Notes: a model not told the origin generated them from the sequence alone. DNA of 62,348 nucleotides, filler included, from Sphacelaria rigidula (GCA_964200075.2; 11 parts of 11 records of this genome joined end to end with filler, not necessarily neighbours in it), one strand, 5' to 3'; positions 1 through 12,487 are shown, counted from the first letter of the whole stretch. Numbers and translations are program-made.

Positions 1-263
1 CTGCCACTATATGACTCCTGCTCTCTACTGCTTTGCCACAGGGGCAATTCTGTCGATCTATTTCCTCCTCCAGACCTGGAGGAGGGGGGGGCTATCTCGG
101 CATCACTTACTTCGTTTCCCACGGCATCGACCCTGTGTTGTGGTCCATCGAATAACTTGATATCTCTGCTTGCGTCCTCATGTTTTCAACGACTTGAAAA
201 TCAGAGACTGCAAAATCCTTTTTTCATTTTCTTCATTTTTTTTCATTTTTTTCATTTTTTTTT

Positions 264-592
264 CCCTAAAGGGCGAAACGTACCTCACTCAACACTCATC
301 CCGCAAGCGGGTTCGTGTGCCCATCACCCGCAGGCTCGGCTAGACCGACCGCCTTGCTGCGGCAGTCATGTGGGGGGTAGGCGCCTCGAGCGATCGGGAA
401 GCGCCCAAGGCATGTGTGGGGGGGACGAGCCCACTAAAACCCCTCGTCAACTTGGCGCAGTACACTCGCCGCCCTACTCTTATGAGCTTCGGCCCTGGAA
501 AAAAAAGAAGTGCATCTACCAGGAATAGCACCCGCACTTTTTCCAACCTGATGGTTTCAGCTTTTTCAATTCAATTTAGATCACCTGGGCGC
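264..592 (-). mobile_element. tRNA-derived SINE (degenerate)
   Basis: Minus strand begins GCCCAGGTGATCTAAATTG (degenerate A box). It carries GCGGGTGCTATTCCTGGTAGATGCA (degenerate B box/T arm) followed by a T-run, a GC-rich body and an A-rich end. Confidence 0.55.
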
Positions 593-652
593 GGCGGCGA
601 GAACGGGCAGCACCAGCGCTTCCCACGTGGTTCCCCGCCTTTTTTCATTTTG

Positions 653-653
653 A

Positions 654-675
<22 letters not shown>
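653..675. repeat. (TA)n microsatellite
   Basis: Direct reading; similar tracts at 1231-1256 and 51294-51312. Confidence 0.95.
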
Positions 676-684
<9 letters not shown>

Positions 685-1430
685 CTTTATATAAGATACA
701 GTCGTACGGTGAGTGTGACTTATCCTACCCGGAAGGTGTGTGTGTGTAGGTTGTAGCTTCTCACTCGGTGAAAAGAGATTCGGAGTGTGCGGAGCCGCGA
801 CGTGGACTTGAACAGGACGGACTTTGCAAGACAGAGTTTGGGTTGAGACACAGAGTGACTGAGTAGGGGAGGCATCCCAGTGTTACGCCCAGTTTAGTGT
901 CACGTTGTTCATCACCACCCCCAAAACGCGACTTGGTGAAGTGAAATAAGTCGACAGGGCAGAAAAATGACAACTATTCTGATGCACAGCTGTAGTACTT
1001 ATCTTACACTACCCCTGCGTTGAAGCCCGGTTCCATTTCATTCAGCACAGCACACGAACGATCGACGGATAACCGGAAAAAAAGCCACGGAAATCTGTAC
1101 AAGCCCAACAGTTAAAGTGATTTGCGAATGTATCCGGGCCAAGTGGTGGGTAATCCGAAGTGCCGGGCGCTAAGATATTGACACAATATTTCCATGATCA
1201 CAACGCACAACCTTCCCGGGGATGCCAAGAATATATATATATATATATATATATATGCACTTGGAGCGATTTGAAGTTTCTCCAAAACCTAGAAAAACGC
1301 TATAACTCCGTGAAAATAAATGACAACGTGGGCATCGCTACTACTGTAGTTGTGTGTCCATCCGTGGGGGAGATCCTGGTGCATTTGCGGTCAAAACTTC
1401 CAGAAATTTGGCGCAGCATCCAACCTTTCG

Positions 1431-1524
1431 TGTGGCACGGCTGCGCTCATTTAATCCAAGTGCTGCAGTTGACTCCAATTATGGAGGTCACGAGCTCGAA
1501 CCCCGACGGATGACCTCTTTTTTG
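1431..1524 (+). mobile_element. degenerate tRNA-like SINE head
   Basis: GTGGCACGGCTG...GGAGGTCACGAGCTCGAACCCCG (B-box-like) followed by a T-run; no intact cloverleaf. Confidence 0.4.
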
Positions 1525-2525
1525 TTCCGACGCTTAGGTGATACATTATGCAGTACATTTTTTTCATTTTTTTTCATTCAGCGGCGGCCCCGTGCGTTAC
1601 CAAGTTGGTCTGCAGGTCATACCGATATGCTCAAGTCGGTCTGATTTGGGAAACTAGACAGCTTATGGTGTGGCAGGCAAATACGGGATTTACTTCTCGC
1701 CCAGCTCGTAGCACTATTTTTTGTTCATGTTTATTGTCTTGCGTCCGAGAGGGAGGTAGGGGGGTATCGTCAGCTTCTAATGGCTTCCTGTACTCGTGGG
1801 AAAAATAACTCGAGGATACCTTAGTTTTTTTCTTGTCACAGCAGTTTTTTTTTTTTCAAAAGATAGACTCTTCTGCCAAGGTGGTCAATTCCGGTGGAAC
1901 AATCCGTGTCACGTTCGCATTTTCCGGTAGTCACAGATTTGTTTCGACTGGACTACCATTTTTGTTCAACCACAGTCGACACGAGGTGATGACTGTCGTG
2001 GATTTCTACGCCTGACCGCCACTTTATTCTAAACTCGACTGGTGTTCATAGTTCTTGGACGAACATACTGGCGGCAAGACAAACGAGATACAAGCACCTA
2101 AATACATTCATGGGATTTGATAGATTTTCCAACGGTGAAGGCAAGGCAAACCGAGGAGGCAACATCCGCCCAGCCATCATTTACGCCCACAACGAAGATA
2201 GAGAAAAAATCAGTCGTTCAACCGGTTGTGTTTGCCATAGTAAGCGCTTTAAATGAAACGTTGCGAAAATCGACCCGATGTGTGATGCGCAAGACACGTG
2301 GTGACACGACCCTCCGTTTCGGTGCAGATGGTACAGTATCGACGACATCGGCGAGAGTGTGGCGAAGAACACCACCCGATGTTTTTCGTCCGACCGTTCA
2401 ACACAATAGTGATACGGATGATTCCCGGCAGTTCTCTCCTTGCACGAACGCCATCGCGTCGAGACGCGAGCCTTGGCAGTGCTGCACGGTAAATCGAAAA
2501 GTTGACTGGCATACGATGGTGTTAT

Positions 2526-4560
2526 TCAGGTCAGTCGTGTTCCGTTGAAACACTCACTTGATTGACTGACGGGCGTAGCCAGGTCACCCCCAATACACTG
2601 CAGCCCACGGCGCACCGCACATGCACAAACCATCATCGCCATGTACCTGAGACACGGCTCATGACTGCAGCCTGGAAAAAAACAACCTCGAGTTGTACAG
2701 AAACGCTTGCGCAATCTATCTACAGGAAGAACGGCCCCAATGTTCTCCACAGACTGAAATCAGAACGCGAAATCTTCCCCATTGTTGTCGCCCGCTTCCG
2801 ATGCCAAGTCCTCTCTCTCGGACCCGCTGCATTCTGAATCCGAATCTCCGATCCAGATCCCGGCTACAGAGTTCGACTTGTGTCCGACGGGTTTCCCTAA
2901 TCCGCCGTGTCTAATGGGACACCCACTGATGGGCTCTTGTCCCGGATGCGCCCCCCCTACTCCCTGCCTCCCGACGCCGTGTCAGCAACGCCCCTCACCA
3001 TCGGTCATATCAACAGGTGCCCCTGGCACGTTGCTCGTTCCACTTGCCGCGCCCCTTCCGCGTGATGCAGCCGACTCGCCCCTTGCATGCTTCGCTGTTG
3101 ACCGGCATTTCACGCTGCGCGATCGCCCGCGTGCGCGGCCATCTACGCCGTCGGTTTCACTGACCGGATCTGGTCCCGAGTGCGCTCCCCCCACCACCTC
3201 CCTCCCGGCGCCGCGCCAGCGAGGCTCCTCACCATCCGTCGTATCAACAGGTGTCCCTGGTACGCTGCTTGCTCGAGATGCTGCCCCCACTCCACGTCAT
3301 GCAGGCGACCCGCCCCTTGCATGCTCCGTTGTTGATCGCCTTCTCCCGTTTCGCGATCGGGCGTGTGCACTGCTCTGTCCGTCACTGGTTTCCTCAGCGG
3401 GATTCGTGGCGGTAGCTCGCGAAGGGGGCGGGAGCAGGAAGCAGCGACCCTGGTAACCGCAGCTCAGAGTGCAGGTTCCCAAACACCTGCAACTCCGGCA
3501 TCTGTGTTTTGACGCCGCCCTTTCCGGGTTGCATGCACATCTGAGTATTTGCAGGTTTCTGGACGTGTTTACGTATGTGTGACTCGACAAGTACACTACA
3601 ATGTTATCGCGTGACAGCTCCGCCCCCGCTGTGCTCGACGACTTTACACCATCCGTGTGGTGAGTCCTCCTCTCAGGTCCTATGCCCCACCCACGTCCGT
3701 TGAAGTTCACTGGGGGCATGCTGCGTAGGAGGCTTCCCCCCCAGTATTCCAACACTGCATCGGACTCCCTGGCGTGCTTCTTACGGGCGTCTAAGTCTGG
3801 GCAGCAGTCGGAAGGCTGGTGTCCATGCGCTGTGGTGATACACAAGCCGATCTTGTTCACGTACGACGCCAAGTCCTGTCCGCACGTGGCGAACATAATT
3901 CCCGTGTCCGTGGCAACTTGTGCGAAAGCGCTTTCGTACCTGAAGAAGAAAACGGTGGCCAGCAGCTTCACGCCGTCGTCCATCTCCACTCTGAGCCTCC
4001 CATCTTTGTCCGCCAGTATAGCTTTCGTGAAGAGGTTCGGCGTGCGAATGGCCTTCAGAACGAAATCCCACATCTTGAGGAAAGGACTCCCGGATACATG
4101 TGGTGAAAAACCGCACCCGGCCAGCAGGTGGGTGAAAACGAACAGTGCCACCTTGATTGATGGCGTCAGCTAATCGTACTGGCCGTCGGGCGGCCAAGCA
4201 CTCTCGCTCCCGTCCTTCAGATTCTCGATCGCACTGTACACCCGGTTCACCAGTATGTACTGGGGGCCACCATTCACGATGCGTTTGACAGTGACTAGCA
4301 CGGCGCCTGAGCCATGCGACTTGATACATCTCGAGGACATTGTCAGAATTACAATGATCTACTGGTCAGTGTCGATGGAAGTCACGAGCCACATCTTCAG
4401 GGGTTTCCCGAACAATCTTCCGGAGTGTATGATGAAGTGGACTGCAGACATCTCTCCCTCACCTATGCCGGGTCCAGATGCGCTGTGGATACTCCTATCA
4501 GGCCCACTGCCGTCACGCCACCACAACAGGTGATGTTGCGAGGCACGAGGAGAAGGGTCA
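2526..4560 (-). pseudogene. decayed long ORF of a probable multicopy mobile element (ORF1/gag-like or unknown)
   Basis: ORFs 4359..4814, 3297..4151, 2982..3290 and 2526..2750 lie in one minus-strand frame broken by isolated stops. No catalytic motif was recognised. Resemblance to a brown-algal repeat is from memory only. Confidence 0.45.
2941..3408. repeat. two diverged 234-bp (78-codon) direct repeats
   Basis: Units start at 2941 and 3175; shared TCAACAGGTG at 3010/3244 and CGCCCCTTGCATGCT. Confidence 0.9.
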
Positions 4561-5489
4561 GGGAGCGCGTCACTCTGCGCGCGTGATTTTCCTGCCTCCG
4601 CTTCCTCCCCCCTCTCGCAGGCTGTCAACGCGGCAGGATACGATCGCGGAATCTCCGTAACCCCTGCGCGTTTTTTTTTTTCAATACCTGTCCGCACGAC
4701 ATGCAACAATGCGTATGTGTGCAAGAACGTAGTTCTGTGCAATATTAAACGTTTCACAGCCAGGGTCGGGGGTTCTCGCGCACACATGTACATACAAGTA
4801 TATATATTACCCACGCATGCTCACGCCCTGCGTTTGGCTCGAAAGCCTCAGTCATCACCTGAAAGAGAGTGATGAGGAGCGTGCGATCATCACCTTCGAT
4901 AGCTCGCACGATTACTACAATAGTGACTTGAAAATGCTCTTACCTCGGGATCGGTTCTGGTGTCGTATGTGACACTCGGACTGCCCCGGACGGCGTCTCA
5001 GCAGGCGCCCGGATGTTGCATCCCATGAGTTATCCCTGGGGATCCTCCACATCTGCTGTGAGTGTATGTACAGGGGGGTGGTCGGGTGTAGAGTTGAACA
5101 CCAACACTTTTTATCGAGTGTGTCATCTACCCTGCCGTTCTCATGTTCTCACCTTCCGTGGCGACGGAGGTACATGTTCTCTGTCGTTTGTAGCGGTCGC
5201 GGCGTCCTATCGTGATACTTGAGTACAATTACAATTGAAAAGTCGAAATCTTGTACATGTCAACGCCGGAAATCTCGAATCACGCTAGACGTTAGCTACT
5301 TGATTGCGGGTGTCAGGTTACTAACTTGAACTCCTTCCCCTGCTCGGAACAAACACTAAGTGCGAGTTGTACATTCGCTCATGTACAACGCGAGCCGCCG
5401 ATTTATAACGGCCCCGCTGTTTCCAGGAAGTGCTATAGATACGTCTCAATCACATTGCTATATACACACTTGTACTATTTATATCGGGG

Positions 5490-5578
5490 CTTTTTGAACA
5501 GGAATTTTTATGAAATGAGGTACGATGAAATGAAGTTCAAGCCCAAAACAGTGCTTTCCCCACACTTTCAGCGATAGT
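5490..5578 (+). repeat. interspersed repeat at contig ends (copies ~11130-11216 +, 51095-51155 -)
   Basis: Shared TGA(A/G)GTTC(A/G)AGC.(C/T)AAAACAGT(G/A)CTTTC.CCAC.CTTTCAGCGAT. Confidence 0.75.
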
Positions 5579-5678
5579 NNNNNNNNNNNNNNNNNNNNNN
5601 NNNNNNNNNNNNNNNNNNNNNNTTAATTAATTAANNNNNNNNNNNNNNNNNNNNNNNNNNNNNNNNNNNNNNNNNNNN
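5579..5678. other. artificial contig linker
   Basis: 44N-TTAATTAATTAA-44N (six-frame stop linker). Confidence 0.99.
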
Positions 5679-5680
5679 TC

Positions 5681-5732
<52 letters not shown>
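5681..5732. repeat. (AAT)n microsatellite
   Basis: Direct reading. Confidence 0.95.
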
Positions 5733-5733
<1 letters not shown>

Positions 5734-5734
<1 letters not shown>

Positions 5735-6138
5735 TCGTCCCTCAAACGCGAGATTTCTGGTACATATTTCACGGTAATTTTACAGTCATATATATATACC
5801 GTGAACCTCGAGTTTGAGATACCTCTATTAGGGTTGAAAGAAAAAGGCAAGCACCGCAGAAGGAAGGTGGGGTACTAAAAACTAATAAAAAAGGAAAAAT
5901 CTCCTGTGTTGATCTTCCTCCTGTGTGACCCCGGCTGATGCGCCCACATATATACCCCGAAAGGGGTAGACTGGCGCCCAGAATAAATGGGACGACAACA
6001 CATTAGGGTTAGCGGTGGGGTTTGACAAAAAAAAGTGGCATAATTAATGGAGGTGTCTCAAACTTGAGGTTCTTGATACGGTTATCTGTGAGTTATACTG
6101 TGAAACATGCACCAGGAATCTCGCGTTTGAGGGACGAG
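5734..6138. mobile_element. Tc1/mariner-type MITE with ~95-bp imperfect TIRs and a nested SINE 3' fragment (~5840-6002)
   Basis: CTCGTCCCTCAAACGCGAGATT...AATCTCGCGTTTGAGGGACGAG followed by TA; inner IR ACCTCGAGTTTGAGATACCTC / GAGGTGTCTCAAACTTGAGGT. Confidence 0.8.
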
Positions 6139-6421
6139 TATCTCCAACTAACTGGAGGCTCCCGATATTTTTTGCTGTGAATGACTGTGGTGTATACCCG
6201 AAATCTCGAGTTTGAGATACCTCTAATACTTATACTACTGCAGCATCCCAGTTTGAGATACCTCTAATACTGCTGTAGTATCCCGAACACGTCTCATTTC
6301 GATACCGATCTCTTGGTATTGTATTGTACATGATATTTCTGGGCGTGCTGCCACTACCAACAAATATGCTACTCCTGCTCACGTTATCGCATTAAAATTT
6401 CCGCACGTTGCATTTTGGATT

Positions 6422-6786
6422 GTGTGTGTGTTGTCGTCCCATCTATTCTGGACGCTGATCTACACCTTTCGGTATATGTGGGCGCACCACCAGCCGAGGT
6501 CACACAGGAGGAAAGTCAACACAAGAACATTTTTCTTTTTTCTTTGTCCTAATACCCCCCACCTTGCTTCTGCGGTGCTTGCCTTTTTTTTATCGCGAGA
6601 AGGGTTGAACGGTCCCTTTCCCTCGTCGACCGTTAGTCGCGTTTTTGTGTACCCACTACATAATCGCTCTCCACTACTGTTGGGCATGGTCTGAGAAAAA
6701 AACCCAGGTCGCTCCGAGACTTGAACTCACGACCCAACTGTCACAAAGTTTCGAAGATATCAGGTGAGTCACTGACTGGGGCGACC
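6422..6786 (-). mobile_element. near full-length tRNA-derived SINE with (AC)n tail
   Basis: Head GGTCGCCCCAGT...GTGAGTTCAAGTCTC (B box), then a T-run and body; tail ...GCCCACATATACCGAAAGGTGTAGATCAGCGTCCAGAATAGATGGGACGACAACACACACA is also present at ~5940-6002 and ~54025-54095. Confidence 0.75.
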
Positions 6787-6829
6787 ATTTTTTCTATTTG
6801 AGTACCCTGGTTGTCACAGACGATCCTAT

Positions 6830-7431
6830 AATAGCTTTGTTAGTTCTTGGTCGCTGACGCTGGGGCGCTTTGATGATGTGATATCTCACGAAAACATCCC
6901 AGGAATGAACTTCCCGACCTCGAAAACATTCCGAGCAGTTTCTTGTGACAAGCCTGGGTCCCATGTTGGATGGTTCTCGTAACCTTCGCCGGGATGATCA
7001 TGTTCCTGTACACAAGAGCGAATCTGAGCCCGGAACAGATCCGAATATCATGTTTCACACCAAAACCAAATGTTATTCGTCAATGATTCTTTGAGGAAAA
7101 CCTCACCGCTGATCATTAGACACCCCGTCTTCACCGCCATGAGAGTGCCGTTGTTGTTGAACCGAAACGATTTCACGATTCTCAAAGTATCGAACGGATG
7201 TGCATGGATGTGTGGAAGCGCCGACGTTTCGTTTGAACTGGCACAAATAGTTGCACTAGAGTTTGAAGATCCAAAAGTTTTGCATCGACTGAACACCCCG
7301 ACAGAACGTTGAATTAGTGCAACCCCTAACCACCTCATCACACTCCAGCCTGTATCACACTCCAGCCCGAGATTCCCAGGGGTGCATTCACTACCGCAGC
7401 ACCCACTAACATCTATCATCCCTACGACCAT
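6830..7431 (-). pseudogene. decayed orphan ORF (~200 codons, two internal TGA)
   Basis: ORF 7048..7431 continues in frame past TGA as YSDLFRAQIRSCVQEHDHPGEGYENHPTWDPGLSQETARNVFEVGKF. Confidence 0.3.
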
Positions 7432-9326
7432 CAGGTGAGATATCCCACCGCATCACCGGCGGCGTACTTCATGCTCGTGGGTGCCTGACTGCACTACTCG
7501 TCTCTATGCATGGGCAGTCACAGCGGTGTATCGATCTGTTGTTACTGTCGAGGTTTCACGCAACTGCAGTTCACGAGTTGTTGCGGTTGTTGTTGTTGTC
7601 GTTGTCAATGGTGGCGTGATCATGGTTGGCAACGGCTGTGTTGAGTTCTATAGGGGTTGTGCTCACTTGAAGCAGTGTATGTAGGTATAGTAGTGCAGAC
7701 GGTGAGCGCGTCTACATGAGAGGGCGAAATATGGAGGGACCCACCAGTTTTAGCCTCGAGATATTTTTTGGGTCATTTCTTGAGAGTTTTTTTTGGCAGT
7801 CGTGGTTGTCGTTGCCTATTGCCCATTTGCATGCGCATATGAATGTGTCCATGTTGCGTACGCGACAACTATACTACTTGATAACACGGTGTACTGTCTA
7901 CACTGCTGGGTTGCCATCTCGGTTGGCAGCCCGTTTTTGGCCCGCAAGTGGAGTCCATCAGTAGTGTAGGCGACGAAATGCTTCGTTGTGAGCGGAAGCT
8001 GTGGATCTGCTCACGGTGTCAATTCTACCGCGGGACTGCTGAGCAGGTCGCCGTCTGGTTAGGCTGGCGGCGGCGAAGTGCCCTTCAACGACGAAAAGAG
8101 CGAAATTTCGAAATGTTGTACGAGTATCGAAGAAACCGACGACACGGTATCCTGATTCTATTACAGAAGAAACCGCAAGAAATCTTGCTATTGTTTGAGC
8201 ACATCTCGTAGGCTGCGTTCACTGTTGTGTTGCTCAAACGGCAGAGAGAGGCTGGGCATATTTCGCCTTGTGATCGACAGTGGGCAGCTTTTTGTTCCAC
8301 ATAAGTCTTTCCGGCTTTGTGACACACCATGTTTGCTTTCGCTCGCACAAAGAGCGCATTTTGCCGGCTACCCTCTCCTGACGCCATCAGGAGTTTTTAC
8401 GAAATACGACCCATTCAGCAAGATGCTCTACGATCAAGGTATTGATACTACATACAGTATAGTGTTTTTTTCGTACTCAAATGTCTACCGTGTCCTTCCA
8501 ACCGTTTCTTCGACTTGACATAATCTTGCGTTTTGAATTTCACACGCCACATTTTTTTTGTTTCATGTTGCCACTGGTTGGATTCTCAGCGCTTCGGACA
8601 ATTCGGTCATCACTCTGCCTTCTATAGTATGTCAGCGGTCCTGAAATGATTTTGTAAGTCAAGATGATGCCAACTCTAATATCAAGTACAAGTATTGACA
8701 ATTTCTTCACGACCGCTACGAGTTCCTGCATTGGAGGACCGTTCTATCGTACAGAGATGTCTGATTTTTCTGAGACAATGTCTGCCTCAAGGCATCGGGG
8801 AAATTTTCAGGTATTTCATGGACAGTATATGGGAGTGAGGCGGGTTCACGTGCATAGGCGGGTTCACGTCAGCTTAGTTTCTCCCCGGTCGCTCGACAGA
8901 AGTGAACCATAGCTTGTATGACTTGATTCGAATGCGAGCACCAATAATATGGGGTTAGGGCTGGGGTCAGCGTTGCTCTCTCTAGTTCAATAATGTGCCA
9001 ACCATGAAGAATTTAGGGGCAAGCTGGTAACTGGAGTAACCCCATCTCTTCTGGGCGGACATTCATCATTCATCATTCCCGTTCACAACATCATTCCCGT
9101 TCACAATATCATCGGGCTATTCGCCGGTTCTAACAAAAACTTATCAATTCTGATTCGTAAAGTGATTTTGACGGCGATGGTGATGGAACGGCAGCCCTCG
9201 ATCAGTCCAAAGGGTACAAGGGTCAAGCCACCAGTCTTACCGTCATTCTCGTAATCTCTCGAATGTATTAATTATTTTGTCTCGGGAAGACAGCGCATTA
9301 CCGAGACGACAAAGCAGGGCACTTAT

Positions 9327-9485
9327 CGTTACACGTCACAAGTTGGGCGTCGGGCCAATCTAGTACGACGATGGGGTACCACGTGGGGAGCTCTAGTGCT
9401 GTTACTTCAAAGTGGGGCTCCCCACATGGTCCCCCAACAACGCAGTACTATGATACTAGCCTGGCCCGGCGCGTGACGTCTAACG
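9327..9485. mobile_element. palindromic MITE, CGTTACACGTCAC TIR family (second copy 23076-23262)
   Basis: CGTTACACGTCAC...GTGACGTCTAACG with internal inverted arms. Confidence 0.7.
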
Positions 9486-9687
9486 GTACTGGGGAGGTCC
9501 CCTGGAAAAAAGATAGCCGAAGAAGGAATAAACGTCCAAAAGCAGCATGTTGATCAGTCCCCGCAATCGCAGCCATATACGGTACCCGCTTGGGGATCAA
9601 ACAAGCTATTTACTTTTGGATGCTTCTTCCTTTTCCCGCTTGTTTTTTTGGAAGACACGAAGAAGACACGGCCGAAGACTAGGCTAA

Positions 9688-9990
9688 CCCTTTGACCACC
9701 AGGGTAGATCAAGGTCATCCATACATTTTTCTAGTGTCTTATCATATGACCACGGCTGGATCCCTGGAGGGTCAGTTGACCCCTAGACCACGGCGCGGGC
9801 AGTCCATGTGGATCACCCATACTCTTTTCAGGTAAACATTGATGCCGATTCAGCAGCCGACCGACCCTCGCGGTCTAATAAGGGTTAACCCTCTGACCGC
9901 GAGGGGAGGTCACCTACTGAATCGGCATCAATATTCACTCGAAAAAAATGTGCATGATCCAGATGGACTACCCGCCCCGCGGTCTAAGAG
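9688..9990. mobile_element. cluster of ~100-bp piggyBac-like MITEs
   Basis: CCCT(T/C)TGACC...GCGGTC..AGGG ends; two units are joined in inverted orientation at TTAA 9885-9888; another copy at ~17949-18046. Confidence 0.65.
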
Positions 9991-10299
9991 ATGAAGTGCT
10001 TCAAAGTCAAATCGAAATCATTTTTCAAGTGAAACGAGCACCAGAACCTGCGACCTGCGGCAGGCCGACTTCGTCGCTAAAGATCTGATATTTTGTTCAA
10101 GAGATTGAGCTTTTGTTGAGAGGATGGTGCGGCCAACTTCTCGTCGGAATAGTATATGTTGAAGCGGATAGGCGCGCAGTACTACTACATGCAAGATAAT
10201 TAGGAAACGCCTGGTCGCATGTCATCTGCCAACAGGTAGGGCCGCGGGGGAGGGGGGACGGAAGTTTGTCGCGTGAAACCTCGAAGATATATCCAACGC

Positions 10300-11080
10300 T
10301 CTTGCAGCTCTGGACGTTTCCCTGCCTTACTTGCACTCTTCGCAGGACTGAAGTAGACTGCAGCGCCGTGCTGTATACAGTCAGTACCTTATGGTGCAGC
10401 ACCGATGTACAGGCACTCACATGATGCTCCAGACAACGCTGCGGATGAAACCTCGCCGTACGATTTCTCTCCACAATGCTGTAATCAACGCACCTCTCAC
10501 AGTAGAAGTATAGCGAGTATAGAGCAGTCAGTACTCGATTCAATTTGCTAATGTACGCTGTATGCAAGAGACGATGTTGCAGTGCAGTACCGAGGACGAT
10601 ATCTCGAAGCACGCGGCTGGGACGTTCCACAGTCTGTTGTACCGCGGGTATGAAATACATCTGGGCAAATGTGACATGCTGCTGCTGTAAGACACCATGA
10701 GACCTGCGGCGCGGAGTAGACGCAACGAGAAGCCATCGCCGACAGAAGCAAACAGTGCATTGAAGCTTAATCGGGTGTCGGATACATACATTATTACCGA
10801 TTCTGCGGCTTTGGGTTTCATTTGGAGGGGGACTGTGGAATATTGCACAAGCATCTACGAAATATTGCCATGTTTTATACTCCCTCCAATAGAAAAGAAA
10901 TCCTGGCTGTCTCATGCTGCAATAACTCGGCACGCATTTAAGTAACCAGCTATGCGTTTCGTTTTGGCGTCTTCTGCTCCTTATATCGGGTGGTCATATG
11001 CTTCAATGGGGCATTTCTGCTCCTTCGTTGGTGATGCTACTTTGAGGTAGCAGTGCTCCCACTTCTCCAGTCGGCCCGTA
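10300..11080 (+). pseudogene. very degenerate non-LTR (RTE-like) AP-endonuclease relic
   Basis: Fragments VRCMQET..., AAGTFHSLLYRG and NGAFL/SFVGDATL...SHFSSR resemble the LQETR / AAGY / NG.RLL.F..DN.L..TNTFF motifs of LINE AP endonucleases. Confidence 0.4.
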
Positions 11081-11255
11081 ATATATGCCGGCTATGACTT
11101 GTTTCTTTTGAACCCCCCCATTTCACAGATTAACAGAGGATTCTATACAATGAGGTTCATCAATGAAACGAGGTTCGAGCTCAAAACAGTACTTTCTCCA
11201 CGCTTTCAGCGATGGTGCCCAATGACTTTCTTGTCGGCCTAATGCCCCTCGATCG

Positions 11256-11355
11256 NNNNNNNNNNNNNNNNNNNNNNNNNNNNNNNNNNNNNNNNNNNNT
11301 TAATTAATTAANNNNNNNNNNNNNNNNNNNNNNNNNNNNNNNNNNNNNNNNNNNN
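11256..11355. other. artificial contig linker
   Basis: 44N-TTAATTAATTAA-44N. Confidence 0.99.
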
Positions 11356-11470
11356 CAGCCCTTCCGCACCCCGCGGTTCTTGGTGCCTACAACGCCCCAA
11401 GTCACACGGCTTACGTCGAGGTCTTCAGCGCAATATCGATCGTACACACGGCGTCAATGCATCATCTTGA
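11356..11470 (+). mobile_element. 3' end of a Ty3/gypsy pol ORF
   Basis: SPSAPRGSWCLQRPKSHGLRRGLQRNIDRTHG* matches the RGSWCLQRH...LRNTD terminus of the gypsy pol at 59897-60169. Confidence 0.7.
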
Positions 11471-12084
11471 GTTCTATCTCTTCGCACTCCCTTTTAACGC
11501 GATTTGTGTCTCCCCTCCCAGTTTGGTTCTGGTACTTCCTTCGTCCCCCCTCAGGTACGCTCTGCTCTTCACTGCTTCACCTACGCTGGCTCTCCTATCG
11601 CGGCTCATCTCTGCCCTCATCAACTTCTTCGACGACTTCTTCTGGACCCCTCCGCCCCCTACCATTGGCCCCTACGCTGCCGCCGCTTTGTCTGGCTGAC
11701 ACTCGACCCTATTCGGGTCTTTGAGTTTTGTCTCCTGCTTGAAAGTACCACTGTGTCCTTTGCGGGGTTTTGCTTTGCTTTTTATCTAGCTCGCGCGTTG
11801 AAGCATTGTGTGCTTTTTCCGTTTGTTCGCTAGCTCGCAGCAGCATTGTGTGCTTCAGCGCAGTCAACCGCAATTGCGTAATTGCGCTTTTTGAGGCACC
11901 TTTGGTTTTTCTTCTTTGAGGTGTGGGAGGATCGGGCACCAGGCTGGTCATTGCCCTCTTGTTTCTTTTTTCTTTTTCTTTTTCGCGTTGTCTCCTCATG
12001 ACTTGATGTGTGAGACAAGCCTCAATTTTAGTTGCTCCTGAGATTTCATCGCAACTCAAATAGAGGTTCGTCTGGGTGGGTGAG

Positions 12085-12487
12085 TGTCATGAGGAAGGAA
12101 GATAGAGAGGCGTTATTTGTTCCCACAGACAACTTTGGGGCAGGTTGGCTTACAGATCATCCGATCTGTCCACGGGGAATGCTCCCATAGCTCTGGGAAG
12201 ATTGGTGTACAGACTGGCGTACCCTAGCTGGGGAAGGGTAGTGTACAGGTTGGTGTACCCTAGTCCCCGCGAGGCGAAACGCCTTCCCGGGCCGAGTTTA
12301 AAAATAGGTTGCTCTACCGTGCCTCATGCACCCTCGCTCACTCTTGAGCTACCGTTCGAGCGGGACCATCTGCTCCTACTGTTTACCATTGGTGAGAACA
12401 GTGTGCTGGGCGATCAAGGGAATAACCAGTGAGAGTTAAAAAGATATCAAACCTTTGAGCTCTTTTTGTTTGTTGCTAGTGTGACCA
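12085..12487 (+). repeat. putative 3' LTR of that gypsy element
   Basis: G-rich GGGTGGGTGAG precedes TGTCATG; approximate end GTGACCA; internal ~36-bp tandem duplication; no second LTR visible. Confidence 0.35.

Noticed and set aside
10097..10933. 278-aa minus-strand ORF as a real gene
   Set aside because: Not protein-like; antisense to a LINE endonuclease relic
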